From a virus, in the IMG/VR virus record IMGVR_UViG_3300045988_064981, positions 1 to 34,585 of that record: 34,585 nt of DNA; one strand, written 5' to 3'. The notes beneath the pieces are model-generated. The model worked only from the letters and a program-made list of their open reading frames with translations, did no database searches and had not been told where the DNA came from. This document shows, one piece after another, positions 1 through 7,131 of the stretch. The translations under genes and the position numbers were made by a program. Position 1 is the first letter of the stretch. Every line of letters begins with the position of its first letter.

Positions 1-55
1 ACACCACTGACGCACTTTTAACATAAAAAAGTACACCAAAGATTCGTAAAAATGC

Positions 56-85
56 TTGACAAGTACACCGATGGTGTACTATAAT
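56..85 (+). promoter_or_regulatory. Early rightward promoter (PR-like)
   Basis: TTGACA (56..61), 18-nt spacer, TATAAT (80..85). It lies directly upstream of the RHH gene at 132, and the spacer is filled by operator O1. Confidence 0.75.
63..79. promoter_or_regulatory. Operator O1, 17-bp palindrome GTACACC-GAT-GGTGTAC
   Basis: Perfect inverted repeat lying between the -35 and -10 of the early promoter. Confidence 0.75.
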
Positions 86-96
86 TTAGATACAAG

Positions 97-113
97 GTAC
101 ACCAATGGTGTAC
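97..113. promoter_or_regulatory. Operator O2, 17-bp palindrome GTACACC-AAT-GGTGTAC
   Basis: Second perfect inverted repeat, 34 bp downstream of O1, between the predicted TSS and the SD of the RHH gene. Confidence 0.7.
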
Positions 114-131
114 TGCGAAAGGAGAATGAGA

Positions 132-320
132 ATGTATAAGGACGACGTGAATACTAAACGAATGTCGATCTCGCTCCCTCCGGAGCTGGAACGCGCCGTT
201 ACTGATCTGCGGAAAACCGATCGTTTTTGCAGATGCTCCTACGCGGAGATTATCCGGCAGTTGATGCAGGCCGGGATTGATGCAGTATCTACGGGACAGC
301 AGACCCAGACAGGCAGGTAA
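132..320 (+). CDS. Ribbon-helix-helix (CopG/Arc-type) DNA-binding protein, Cro-like position
   Basis: SD AGGAGA at 119..124, 7 nt before the ATG at 132 (alternative ATG at 126). KRMSISLPPELERAVTDLRK...SYAEIIRQLMQAGID fits a strand-helix-helix pattern. It is the first gene of the rightward operon. Confidence 0.75.
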   Translation: MYKDDVNTKRMSISLPPELERAVTDLRKTDRFCRCSYAEIIRQLMQAGIDAVSTGQQTQTGR

Positions 321-337
321 CAAGGAGGTTGCCCAAA

Positions 338-493
338 ATGCTAGGACACCACCCGTTTTACTTCTGGTCGCTGGTGGCAGCGGCCATTATCGGAGCTGTT
401 ATCATGTGGCGCATTGCGAGAGAGTCAACGTGGATTTACGCCATATGGGCGGCATTCAATTGCGGCATTGCCTACCTGCTCTTTATGGTTTGA
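338..493 (+). CDS. Small hydrophobic protein (51 aa, two predicted TM segments)
   Basis: Not in the ORF track (<60 aa). SD AAGGAGG at 322..328, ATG at 338. Translation: MLGHHPFYFWSLVAAAIIGAVIMWRIARESTWIYAIWAAFNCGIAYLLFMV. The same caaggaggttgccc SD context recurs at 940..953. Confidence 0.5.
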   Translation: MLGHHPFYFWSLVAAAIIGAVIMWRIARESTWIYAIWAAFNCGIAYLLFMV

Positions 494-881
494 GAGCATT
501 GTAAAAATGCCCTCTGACGGCTGTGTACAGTGTGGACATTTCTTCGGTTTGGGGCTCCCCAAACACGTAATTGTTGCAGCTGCGGATGACCAACTCATTC
601 AGTTTGTCAACGTCCTCCCGTGCGTCGGGAGGAATATATCCGCTCAGCTCTCCATACCGCACGCTATATGCCTCGAGGTTGTCAGATTTTGGCGAAGCAA
701 TGGCGCGTGCCAGGGTGCTGAGATACCCGTTGATAACCTCTCCGCGTTGAGCCTCGCGCTCTTTGAGGATGTACATCCTCCGGGTGTGGTGGTTGTTGAT
801 GAGGGCGACGACAATGGGCGACAGTACGTTGGCGCCGAGTACGATCCATGCGGCAGTTGCAGACCAGTCGATTTGAGACAT
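483..881 (-). CDS. Hypothetical protein with N-terminal TM helix, opposite orientation to the early operon
   Basis: 132-aa ORF. SD GGAGGA lies 10 nt upstream of the ATG (881) on the - strand. N-terminus AAWIVLGANVLSPIVVALI is hydrophobic. No family recognised. Confidence 0.6.
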   Translation of the reverse strand: MSQIDWSATAAWIVLGANVLSPIVVALINNHHTRRMYILKEREAQRGEVINGYLSTLARAIASPKSDNLEAYSVRYGELSGYIPPDAREDVDKLNELVIRSCNNYVFGEPQTEEMSTLYTAVRGHFYNALKP

Positions 882-891
882 AGGTAAATAT

Positions 892-931
892 CCTCCATCG
901 GTTTGATACCGTCATTTTACTCCGATGGAGG
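892..931. promoter_or_regulatory. Perfect 10-bp inverted repeat CCTCCATCGG-N20-CCGATGGAGG around the SD and a possible promoter of the minus-strand gene
   Basis: Arms at 892..901 and 922..931. The left arm is the SD complement of gene 483..881. The loop holds TAAAAT on the - strand (914..919), with TTGTCG (937..942) 17 nt upstream of it. Confidence 0.6.
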
Positions 932-953
932 CGGAACGACAAGGAGGTTGCCC

Positions 954-1268
954 GTGAAACCGAAACTGTATAGCGAGCTGCGCGCAGAGATGCGGCGGCA
1001 GCACATCAAGATCGTGGACGTTGCCGGATGGCTGGGGCTCAAGGATTACAGCGTCGAGCGGCGGCTGCGAAACGAGTGCCCGTGGAAGCTGGACGAGATG
1101 TATACCATCCTCGACGGGCTGCACATCCCCAACAACAAGATGCACATCCTCTTTCCGCCGGGCGGAGAGTGGGCGGGTGCGCTGAATGAGCCGCCCAGCG
1201 TCAACAGACAGCTGCTCATCGCGTTGCGCAAGCTCATCAATGAGTGCGTCACCGGCGGGAGCAAGTGA
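954..1268 (+). CDS. HTH DNA-binding protein, DUF739/Cro-CI-like pattern
   Basis: GTG start at 954, 6 nt after AAGGAGG (941..947). KLYSELRAEMRRQHIKIVDVAGWLGLKDYSVERRLRNECPWKLDEMYTILDGLHIP resembles small phage HTH regulators. Confidence 0.6.
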   Translation: MKPKLYSELRAEMRRQHIKIVDVAGWLGLKDYSVERRLRNECPWKLDEMYTILDGLHIPNNKMHILFPPGGEWAGALNEPPSVNRQLLIALRKLINECVTGGSK

Positions 1269-1286
1269 CAGATAGGAGGATATCTC

Positions 1287-1583
1287 ATGACCAAGGTTAA
1301 AAACGCCCAATCCCCATACGACGCGCTGATCGTGGCGCTGGACAAGGCAGCGGAGGCCGCGCGCGAATGCCGGGAGGCATACATCCGGGACACGGAGATC
1401 ACAACCGAGTACATCCCCAACTGCAAGGCCGCTGTGCTGCTGGGCTGCTCTCCCTCGCACATCTGCCAACTGACCAAGGAGGGCAAGATCACCAAGTATG
1501 CGGCGGGCTACAACGTCGCCGAGCTGCGCCGGTATGCAAAAAATCCTCGGGCGGCTCGGCACCCGAAGGAATGGAGGGTATGA
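1287..1583 (+). CDS. Small DNA-binding protein with an HTH (excisionase/MerR-like pattern)
   Basis: SD TAGGAGGA, ATG at 1287. CKAAVLLGCSPSHICQLTKEGKI is HTH-like. The specific function is not assignable. Confidence 0.5.
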   Translation: MTKVKNAQSPYDALIVALDKAAEAARECREAYIRDTEITTEYIPNCKAAVLLGCSPSHICQLTKEGKITKYAAGYNVAELRRYAKNPRAARHPKEWRV

Positions 1584-1594
1584 GGATGCGTAAA

Positions 1595-2053
1595 TTATGG
1601 GGCAGGAGCATTGAGGACAAGCTGTTTGACGATTGCGACGAGCTCGCCGATATGCTCGATGAGCAGGGTGAGAGCGGAGCCAACGACCGCGCCGAACGCC
1701 GCTACAAGATAATCGTGACGACGGCCCTCTCGCTTATCTTTAGCCGCCTGGGCACGCTCTTGTTTCTTTTCAGCGTTTTTTCGGGCGTTGTGCTTGCGCT
1801 TCTTGCGATCCGCAAATAGCGCGGCTTCTCCATGCGGCGTCAATACGTAGTGCGTCACATGGACGTTGACAACGCCGGGGAGCTCGTCTGTGGCAAGACC
1901 GTCGGTATCAATACAGCCGGCCTCCATCAGGGCGTCAATCCAACGCTCATCCGCCGGAAAGGCGGCGTGCAGGTCATCAATGGCAACGCGCCCGTCGTGG
2001 CGCTGAATGTAGTCGAGCAGGGCAAGGGCTTTAGGCGATGCAAGCAAATTCAT
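1595..2053 (-). CDS. Hypothetical protein: winged-helix-like N-terminus, basic linker, hydrophobic C-terminal helix
   Basis: ATG at 2053 preceded by AAGGAGG at 8 nt. MNLLASPKALALLDYIQRHDGRVAIDDL is wHTH-like. Codon usage matches the genome. It competes with the + ORF 1586..1819 (see findings). Confidence 0.55.
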   Translation of the reverse strand: MNLLASPKALALLDYIQRHDGRVAIDDLHAAFPADERWIDALMEAGCIDTDGLATDELPGVVNVHVTHYVLTPHGEAALFADRKKRKHNARKNAEKKQERAQAAKDKREGRRHDYLVAAFGAVVGSALTLLIEHIGELVAIVKQLVLNAPAP

Positions 2054-2103
2054 AAAACTGGCCTCCTTTGAGGCCAATATACCACCGGATGGAGGATATG
2101 ACA

Positions 2104-2325
2104 ATGGACAAAATCAGTGTGACCTATGACACCCGCATCATCGGGGACAGGTTTGAGACTGTGACTGTGCTGCCCATCAGTGAGCAAAACTGGGAGCGGT
2201 TGGAGCGCAGGGAGAGCGACATTGCGCACTGCATGATCGAGCCCGCGCTGGTATCGCTGGAAATGATGCTCGACAGGATCTATGTCCCCGGCAGCATCAA
2301 GAGCGTCAAATTGGTAAGAGAGTAG
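2104..2325 (+). CDS. Hypothetical protein (73 aa)
   Basis: SD GGAGGA at 2091..2096, ATG at 2104. No motif recognised. Confidence 0.55.
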   Translation: MDKISVTYDTRIIGDRFETVTVLPISEQNWERLERRESDIAHCMIEPALVSLEMMLDRIYVPGSIKSVKLVRE

Positions 2326-2338
2326 GAGGTACAGGACA

Positions 2339-2536
2339 ATGGGACTGAGTGAGTTGTATTTGCAGATGGGCAGACTGATCTGCGCGTTTGTGATGATCGT
2401 GGGGATCATCGGCATTTTATGGCTGGCGGTTGACATCACGGCCAGCTGGGGACAAGAAAAGATCGACGCGACCGTCGAGCGCAAGCGCATGAGCTACCGC
2501 AAAATAGCCAAGCGGCACGGGAGGATTGTGAAATGA
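2339..2536 (+). CDS. Small membrane protein (65 aa)
   Basis: SD TAGGAGG, ATG at 2339. Hydrophobic core LICAFVMIVGIIGILWLAV. Confidence 0.6.
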   Translation: MGLSELYLQMGRLICAFVMIVGIIGILWLAVDITASWGQEKIDATVERKRMSYRKIAKRHGRIVK

Positions 2537-2799
2537 GCAAGGTCGGAGAGATGATGGGCAACGGCGGCAAAGGCAAGGTCGCGGTCGTGGACGATTACGA
2601 CGTTGCGGAGCCGGAGCATTACGCGCTGATCGTGCTGGAGGACAACGTGGTGCATGAGCACAGCAAAAATATGCCGATCCTGGCGATCTTGCAGGGAGCG
2701 GCGCAGGCCGCGCTCGGGGCTGGCATCGGCAAAAACACCCTGACCGCGTTTGTGACGGGCGTTATTGAGGACGTATACAACGATGCCTCAAACGCATAA
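2533..2799 (+). CDS. Hypothetical protein (88 aa)
   Basis: ATGA overlap with the upstream gene. The coding 3' end lies inside repeat 2786..2825. Confidence 0.6.
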   Translation: MSKVGEMMGNGGKGKVAVVDDYDVAEPEHYALIVLEDNVVHEHSKNMPILAILQGAAQAALGAGIGKNTLTAFVTGVIEDVYNDASNA

Positions 2800-2825
2800 A
2801 AAAAGAGCCGCTGAAACAGCGGCCA
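2786..2825. repeat. 40-bp direct repeat, copy 1, containing hairpin GCCGCTG-aaa-CAGCGGC
   Basis: cctcaaacGcataaaaaaagagccgctgaaacagcggcca has 39/40 identity to 4052..4091. The hairpin (2807..2823) has an A-run upstream, which is a T-run on the - strand. Confidence 0.9.
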
Positions 2826-2881
2826 AGAGAGAAAAACAATATAACACAAATAGAGTATAACGCGAAATGGAGGAATAATCA

Positions 2882-3250
2882 ATGCCCTTTATGCCGATCG
2901 AAAAGCTAGATAACCTCATGGGCGGCGCAATGCAGGAGAAATTCCGCGTGGCGCTGGCCGAAGTATTGGCGAATGTCCGCGATCCCAACACCAAGGCGAC
3001 CGCCAAACGCGGGATTACGCTGACGGTAATTATCGCGCCGAATGCCAACCGGGACACGGCACAGATGGAAGTGTCCGTAAAAACCAAGACAGCGCCCTCT
3101 GTGCCCGCCGAAACCACGATCTATCTTGACTACAACGATGATGGACTGGTGACGGCAACCGAAAAGCTTGACCAGATCCCCGGACAGATCAACATGGACG
3201 GCACGGAGACGCCGCTGCCCAATGTCGTGACGTTTGAGAGCAAAAAATAA
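2882..3250 (+). CDS. Phage protein resembling the family annotated as phage-associated replication terminator protein (function unverified)
   Basis: SD GGAGGA, ATG at 2882. GGAMQEKFRVALAEVLANVRDPNTKATAKRGITLTV matches my recollection of that family's N-terminal motif. Not verified by search. Confidence 0.45.
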   Translation: MPFMPIEKLDNLMGGAMQEKFRVALAEVLANVRDPNTKATAKRGITLTVIIAPNANRDTAQMEVSVKTKTAPSVPAETTIYLDYNDDGLVTATEKLDQIPGQINMDGTETPLPNVVTFESKK

Positions 3251-3264
3251 GGAGGACAACAAAA

Positions 3265-4029
3265 ATGGCTGAAAACAAGATGATCCAGACCCCCAACGAC
3301 CGCGAATCCCTCGAATACCTTGTCAACCTTGGACGTGAGCGGACGGATATCCGCACGGTTGTCATCGGTGACAACGTCTACACTCCCGACAATCTGCGCA
3401 TGATCCAGAAGGTTTATCCCCCGCGTCCGTCAACTTTCAGCGCGGCGACACTCTCTGGATTAGTGGATTACCTGCTGGCCGATGTGGACAAGCTGCATGC
3501 CAAGCATCCGCAGTATATGGTGTCTGTCAGCAGCCCCACCTGCGTTGAGGTGTACAGCCCTATTTACGGAGAGGAGCAGCGCCGTGACCTTGTTGCTAAA
3601 TGTGTTGTGCAGCTGCCGGGGCTGCGGACGGATTGCTACATGGATGCGGAGGATTTTACCGTTATGGTGCAGACCAAGGTTGAGCAGTCCAACAACCGTG
3701 ACCTTGTGCTTAAGTTTGTCGGCTCGATGAGAGATGAGCAGAGCAATCAGGTGGCCGACGATGGGTTTTCCCAGCGCGTGACGATCAAGACTGGCGTGTC
3801 TCAGGTGGGAGATGTGACGGTGGTCAATCCCGTATACCTTGCGCCCCGCCGCACCTTTCCCGAGGTTGCCCAGCCGGAAAGCCCCTATGTGCTGCGGCTG
3901 AAAGAGGGTCCAAAAGCGGCGCTGTACGACTGTGACGACCACACTTGGCGGGTTGAGGCGATTGCTAGCATTGGCACATGGCTCCGTGAGCAGCTTGTAG
4001 ACGATCCCTGCTTTGTGGTAATCGCATAA
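3265..4029 (+). CDS. Hypothetical phage early protein (254 aa), possibly DUF2303/YfdQ-like
   Basis: SD AAGGAGGA, ATG at 3265. This is a long clean ORF with genome-typical codon usage. The family assignment is uncertain. Confidence 0.7.
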   Translation: MAENKMIQTPNDRESLEYLVNLGRERTDIRTVVIGDNVYTPDNLRMIQKVYPPRPSTFSAATLSGLVDYLLADVDKLHAKHPQYMVSVSSPTCVEVYSPIYGEEQRRDLVAKCVVQLPGLRTDCYMDAEDFTVMVQTKVEQSNNRDLVLKFVGSMRDEQSNQVADDGFSQRVTIKTGVSQVGDVTVVNPVYLAPRRTFPEVAQPESPYVLRLKEGPKAALYDCDDHTWRVEAIASIGTWLREQLVDDPCFVVIA

Positions 4030-4051
4030 AAACAAAAAGGAGACAACGACA

Positions 4052-4091
4052 CCTCAAACACATAAAAAAAGAGCCGCTGAAACAGCGGCCA
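4052..4091. repeat. 40-bp direct repeat, copy 2, with the same hairpin
   Basis: cctcaaacAcataaaaaaagagccgctgaaacagcggcca. It carries a stop-codon context (acacataa) but no gene ends here. Confidence 0.9.
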
Positions 4092-4177
4092 GAGAATGAC
4101 ACTACAACCATAGGATAGCACGACATCGCCAACAAATCAAGTGTTTTCGGGGGCACAAGCCCAAACTGGAGGAGATT

Positions 4178-4981
4178 ATGTGGATAGAGCTGCACGACAA
4201 CCTGCCCGACCATCCCAAAATTGTGAAGCTGGCCGCTCTGACCAAGATGGACAGGGATCTGGCGCGGGCAAAACTTGAGCGCCTGTGGTTGTGGGCGCTG
4301 ACCAATCGTCTGAGCGGGGCACTGTCCTATGACGACGTGCTGCTGCTGACGGATGTGATGCGGATCAAGGGAGATCCGCAGAAGATGGTGGACGCGCTGG
4401 TTGCGTGCGGCCTGCTGGAGGACACCGGGAACGGATATTACATCCACGACTGGGATGAGCACGCCGGAGCGCTGATTGATCGACGTGAGCGACAGCGCCA
4501 ACAGGCGCGCGAGCGCAAACGGAAGTCGCGTGACAAGTGTGAAGATGTCACAGATATGTCACGCGTGACAAGCGTGACTGTCACGCCCCCTACCGTACCT
4601 ATACCTAACAAAGACAGTATAGACGACCCTACCACCCTATCTGTCTGTGCGCGCGAGGCGGACGGCCAACCTGTGGATAACTCTCCGTTGTCTGTGGATA
4701 ACTTAGACGAGCAGATCCGGGAGACGATCACGGAGGGGTTTACCGCCACGGCAGGGCGCGCGCCGAAGAGGACGGAGGTGGATGCGCTCATGGCCAACAC
4801 GGGCGCGGACGGCGGGATGTCGCCGGACATGATCCGGCTTGCCGTGTCCAAGGCAGTGACCTACGGCGCATCCTCCATCGCGGGGTACGCCTGCAAGGTC
4901 ATGGGCGGATGGAGATTGCATGAGCTATTTACGCCGGAGGCGGTCGAAAGATGGGAGATGCAGAGAGATGCAGGCACATAA
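4178..4981 (+). CDS. Replication initiation protein: phage replisome-organiser N-terminal region plus DnaD/DnaB_2-like C-terminal domain
   Basis: MWIELHDNLPDHPKIVKLA... is replisome-organiser-like. There is a basic linker. The C-terminus SPDMIRLAVSKAVTYGASSIAGYACKVMGGWRLHELFTPEAV is DnaD-domain-like. Confidence 0.7.
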   Translation: MWIELHDNLPDHPKIVKLAALTKMDRDLARAKLERLWLWALTNRLSGALSYDDVLLLTDVMRIKGDPQKMVDALVACGLLEDTGNGYYIHDWDEHAGALIDRRERQRQQARERKRKSRDKCEDVTDMSRVTSVTVTPPTVPIPNKDSIDDPTTLSVCAREADGQPVDNSPLSVDNLDEQIRETITEGFTATAGRAPKRTEVDALMANTGADGGMSPDMIRLAVSKAVTYGASSIAGYACKVMGGWRLHELFTPEAVERWEMQRDAGT

Positions 4982-5348
4982 GCTCGTCATTGAGGGCACG
5001 TTGCCGGGACTCAATGAGTACAGCGACACCGAGCGCAGGACTTCGGGCGCTCAAGCAGCCGCACGGCTCAAGCGGGACACGCAGGAGCTCATCGGCTGGT
5101 ATATCCGGGCGCAGCTGCGAGGGCTGCGCATCGAGCAGCGGGTGAGACTCGAGTACCTGTGGGTAGAGCCCAACCGCCGCAGGGACATGGATAACATCGC
5201 ATTTGCTCACAAATTTGTCCAGGATGCGCTGGTTGAGCAGGGCGTGCTAGGCGGTGACGGATGGCGATATATCAGCGGCTTTGCCGACACGTTTGACGTG
5301 GACCGGCAGAGGCCGAGAGTGGAGATCAAGATCATCGAGGAGGATTGA
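4968..5348 (+). CDS. rusA: RusA-family Holliday junction resolvase
   Basis: LPGLNEY..., PNRRRDMDNIAFAHKFVQDALVEQGVLGGD matches the RusA RRDxDN...DAL motif. It overlaps the upstream gene by 14 nt. Confidence 0.8.
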   Translation: MQAHKLVIEGTLPGLNEYSDTERRTSGAQAAARLKRDTQELIGWYIRAQLRGLRIEQRVRLEYLWVEPNRRRDMDNIAFAHKFVQDALVEQGVLGGDGWRYISGFADTFDVDRQRPRVEIKIIEED

Positions 5349-5350
5349 GC

Positions 5351-5728
5351 ATGGAAGAATATATCAAAAAAAGCGCTCTGAGGGCGTGCATATCTGAGTG
5401 GCTGGATGAGCTTCTGGCGGAAAAGCCAAAGACGCGCGCGGGAAAAAGAGCGGTGGAACGAGCGTTTTATGCGTATCACAAGGTCGCTGGCTATTTAGCC
5501 CAGGCTGCGCCGGCGGACGTAGTCAGTGCATATGACGAGGCGGTGGGGCCTGTGGACCGTAAAATGCTTATGGAGATGCTGAGCAGAGAGTATCGGCAGA
5601 TACAAAAATACTGGCGCGATACGTCGTATGGGCGCGAAAAATATCTTGAGGGCTATCGCGCGGCGATGGAGACGGCGCGGAACTATACCGAGAGCATGGG
5701 GGCGGCACGCGATGAACGGAATGTGTGA
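5351..5728 (+). CDS. Hypothetical protein (125 aa)
   Basis: SD GAGGAGGA, 6 nt before the ATG at 5351. No motif recognised. Confidence 0.6.
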   Translation: MEEYIKKSALRACISEWLDELLAEKPKTRAGKRAVERAFYAYHKVAGYLAQAAPADVVSAYDEAVGPVDRKMLMEMLSREYRQIQKYWRDTSYGREKYLEGYRAAMETARNYTESMGAARDERNV

Positions 5729-5954
5729 CGAGACCTGCAAGGGCTGCGTATATGTCAGGGTGATGGCGGGTGAGATTGGATTTGGCAATCGGCGCACACG
5801 ACAGACGGCGTGGTGTGATTTTATCGGCGTAAATGGGCACTCGCGCCCGTGCCCGGCCGGTAAGGGATGCACAGAACGAAAACACGCCGACCCGTACCAT
5901 TACGAGCTGCATTTCCATACCGAGTTCCCGATTACGGTCGATGTTAAGCCATAA
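5712..5954 (+). CDS. Small Cys-rich (probable zinc-binding) protein
   Basis: MNGMCDETCKGCVYV...WCDFIGVNGHSRPCPAGKGC. It overlaps the upstream stop. Confidence 0.5.
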   Translation: MNGMCDETCKGCVYVRVMAGEIGFGNRRTRQTAWCDFIGVNGHSRPCPAGKGCTERKHADPYHYELHFHTEFPITVDVKP

Positions 5955-6008
5955 GGAGGACGAGCGGCCATGATGATCGGCGCATACGACGGCAAGGAGG
6001 GGTGACGA

Positions 6009-6476
6009 GTGGAGCAAGCAGAGCGCAAGCGCATCAACACGCTGCTCTGGCAATGGGGGACAGCGCTGGAGGATTGCGAGCGGAGACGTGAGGAGATTCG
6101 GCGGCTCATGGCACAGGCAGAGGATGCGACCTGTGTTCTGCGGGCGCAGGCGCTCACGGCTATGCCGAGGGGCAGCGGCGTCAGTGATCCAACCGCCGCC
6201 GCCGTGCGAATGAAAGACGACGCGCTGCAACGGGTGGCCGTGCTGACAGAGGAGATTAACGCAATCATGGCGCGCAAGGTCAAGATGGACGCGGTCATCG
6301 GGATGCTGCCGGAGAGCAGACAGACACTGCTTGACCTGAGATATAAGCGCGGGATGGGATTGACGACGCAGATACCGATGCGCATGCACATCTCGGAGAG
6401 GACGGCATTTTACTGGCGGGATGAGATCCTCGATTATCTTTGCAGTTTTTTGCAGGATATTTGTGGTAACATATAA
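6009..6476 (+). CDS. ArpU/RinA-like (sigma-70 region-4-like) late-gene transcriptional activator
   Basis: GTG start after AAGGAGGGG. AMPRGSGVSDPTAAAV and a C-terminal HTH-like segment LLDLRYKRGMGLTTQIPMRMHISERTAFYWRDEIL. It sits immediately upstream of the packaging genes. Confidence 0.65.
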   Translation: MEQAERKRINTLLWQWGTALEDCERRREEIRRLMAQAEDATCVLRAQALTAMPRGSGVSDPTAAAVRMKDDALQRVAVLTEEINAIMARKVKMDAVIGMLPESRQTLLDLRYKRGMGLTTQIPMRMHISERTAFYWRDEILDYLCSFLQDICGNI

Positions 6477-6567
6477 TCGTGGGATTGAGACGGGACAACC
6501 TCAGACCACGGATATCCTCCTATATCCTCTCTAGTGTGGGCGTGTGTTGGTAAGGCGATGCACGGAT

Positions 6568-6594
6568 AGCCACTCGCATTTGCGGGTGGCTTTT
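6568..6594 (+). terminator. Hairpin with short T-tract downstream of the late activator gene
   Basis: agccactcgca-tt-tgcgggtggct forms an 11-bp stem (one G-U), followed by ttt. Confidence 0.45.
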
Positions 6595-6707
6595 CCCGTC
6601 CTTGCGCAGCAAGCAAGGATGGAGGCAATGAGGACGGGAGAGCGAGACAAACGTTCCGCGCGTCGGGGCGCTGTCAAGATTATGAGACAATGCAGGGAGG
6701 TGCAGCC

Positions 6708-7109
6708 GTGAGATATGCGTGCCCATATTGCGGACGGGTGCATGACAAGCGCAACGCTTGCGGGCTGGCACCCACTCGTCACGAGAGCGACACCGAGCAA
6801 CGACGCCTGCGCAACCGTCAGGCGTGGAAAAAGGTCAAGAGACTGGCCAATGAGAGGGACGGCTATCTGTGCGTGATGTGCCTGGCAGAGGGGACCATCA
6901 CCTACGGAGGATTAGAGACACATCACATCGTTCCGCTTGCCGTCGCGCCGGAGCTGGCTTACGACATTGACAACCTGGCCACCCTTTGCAAGCGGCATCA
7001 TGAGGCGGCGGAAAAGGATCCCCCCGACTCCCCGTCGGCGTTTTGGGAGAGCCTTCGCAACTACGGCAACCCCTCAGCGTGGAATTTATTGCGAAAACCC
7101 GGCGTTTGA
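6708..7109 (+). CDS. HNH endonuclease (packaging-associated)
   Basis: GTG at 6708 after GGGAGG. CPYCG...GYLCVMC...ETHHIVPL...DNLATLCKRHHEAAE. It is adjacent to the terminase genes, as in cos-type HK97-like phages. Confidence 0.85.
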   Translation: MRYACPYCGRVHDKRNACGLAPTRHESDTEQRRLRNRQAWKKVKRLANERDGYLCVMCLAEGTITYGGLETHHIVPLAVAPELAYDIDNLATLCKRHHEAAEKDPPDSPSAFWESLRNYGNPSAWNLLRKPGV

Positions 7110-7131
7110 GATTTGGAAGGAGGCGGCGGGA

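Larger units (their letters stand above)
1..119. repeat. Exact 119-bp terminal direct repeat, copy 1 (identical to 34467..34585)
   Basis: acaccactgacgcactttt...ggtacaccaatggtgtactgcgaa is read identically at both ends. This is either an assembly overlap of a circular molecule or a terminal redundancy. Confidence 0.95.

Noticed and set aside
912-1562. 216-aa - strand ORF spanning the early HTH genes
   Set aside because: It is antisense to two + strand genes with strong SDs and HTH motifs. It has no SD and an Arg/Leu/Gly-rich sequence. It was considered only as a possible read-through path for transcripts reaching the gene 483..881.
5568-6389. 273-aa - strand ORF over the ArpU-like gene region
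   Set aside because: It is antisense to coupled + strand genes. It has no SD and a His/Arg/Pro/Leu-rich composition.
6937-7131. N-terminal extension of the small-terminase ORF (the track starts it at 6937)
   Set aside because: The extension overlaps the HNH gene in another frame and is Arg/Pro/Thr-rich. The ATG at 7132 has a GAAGGAGG SD and starts the conserved MGRPAK... TerS N-terminus.
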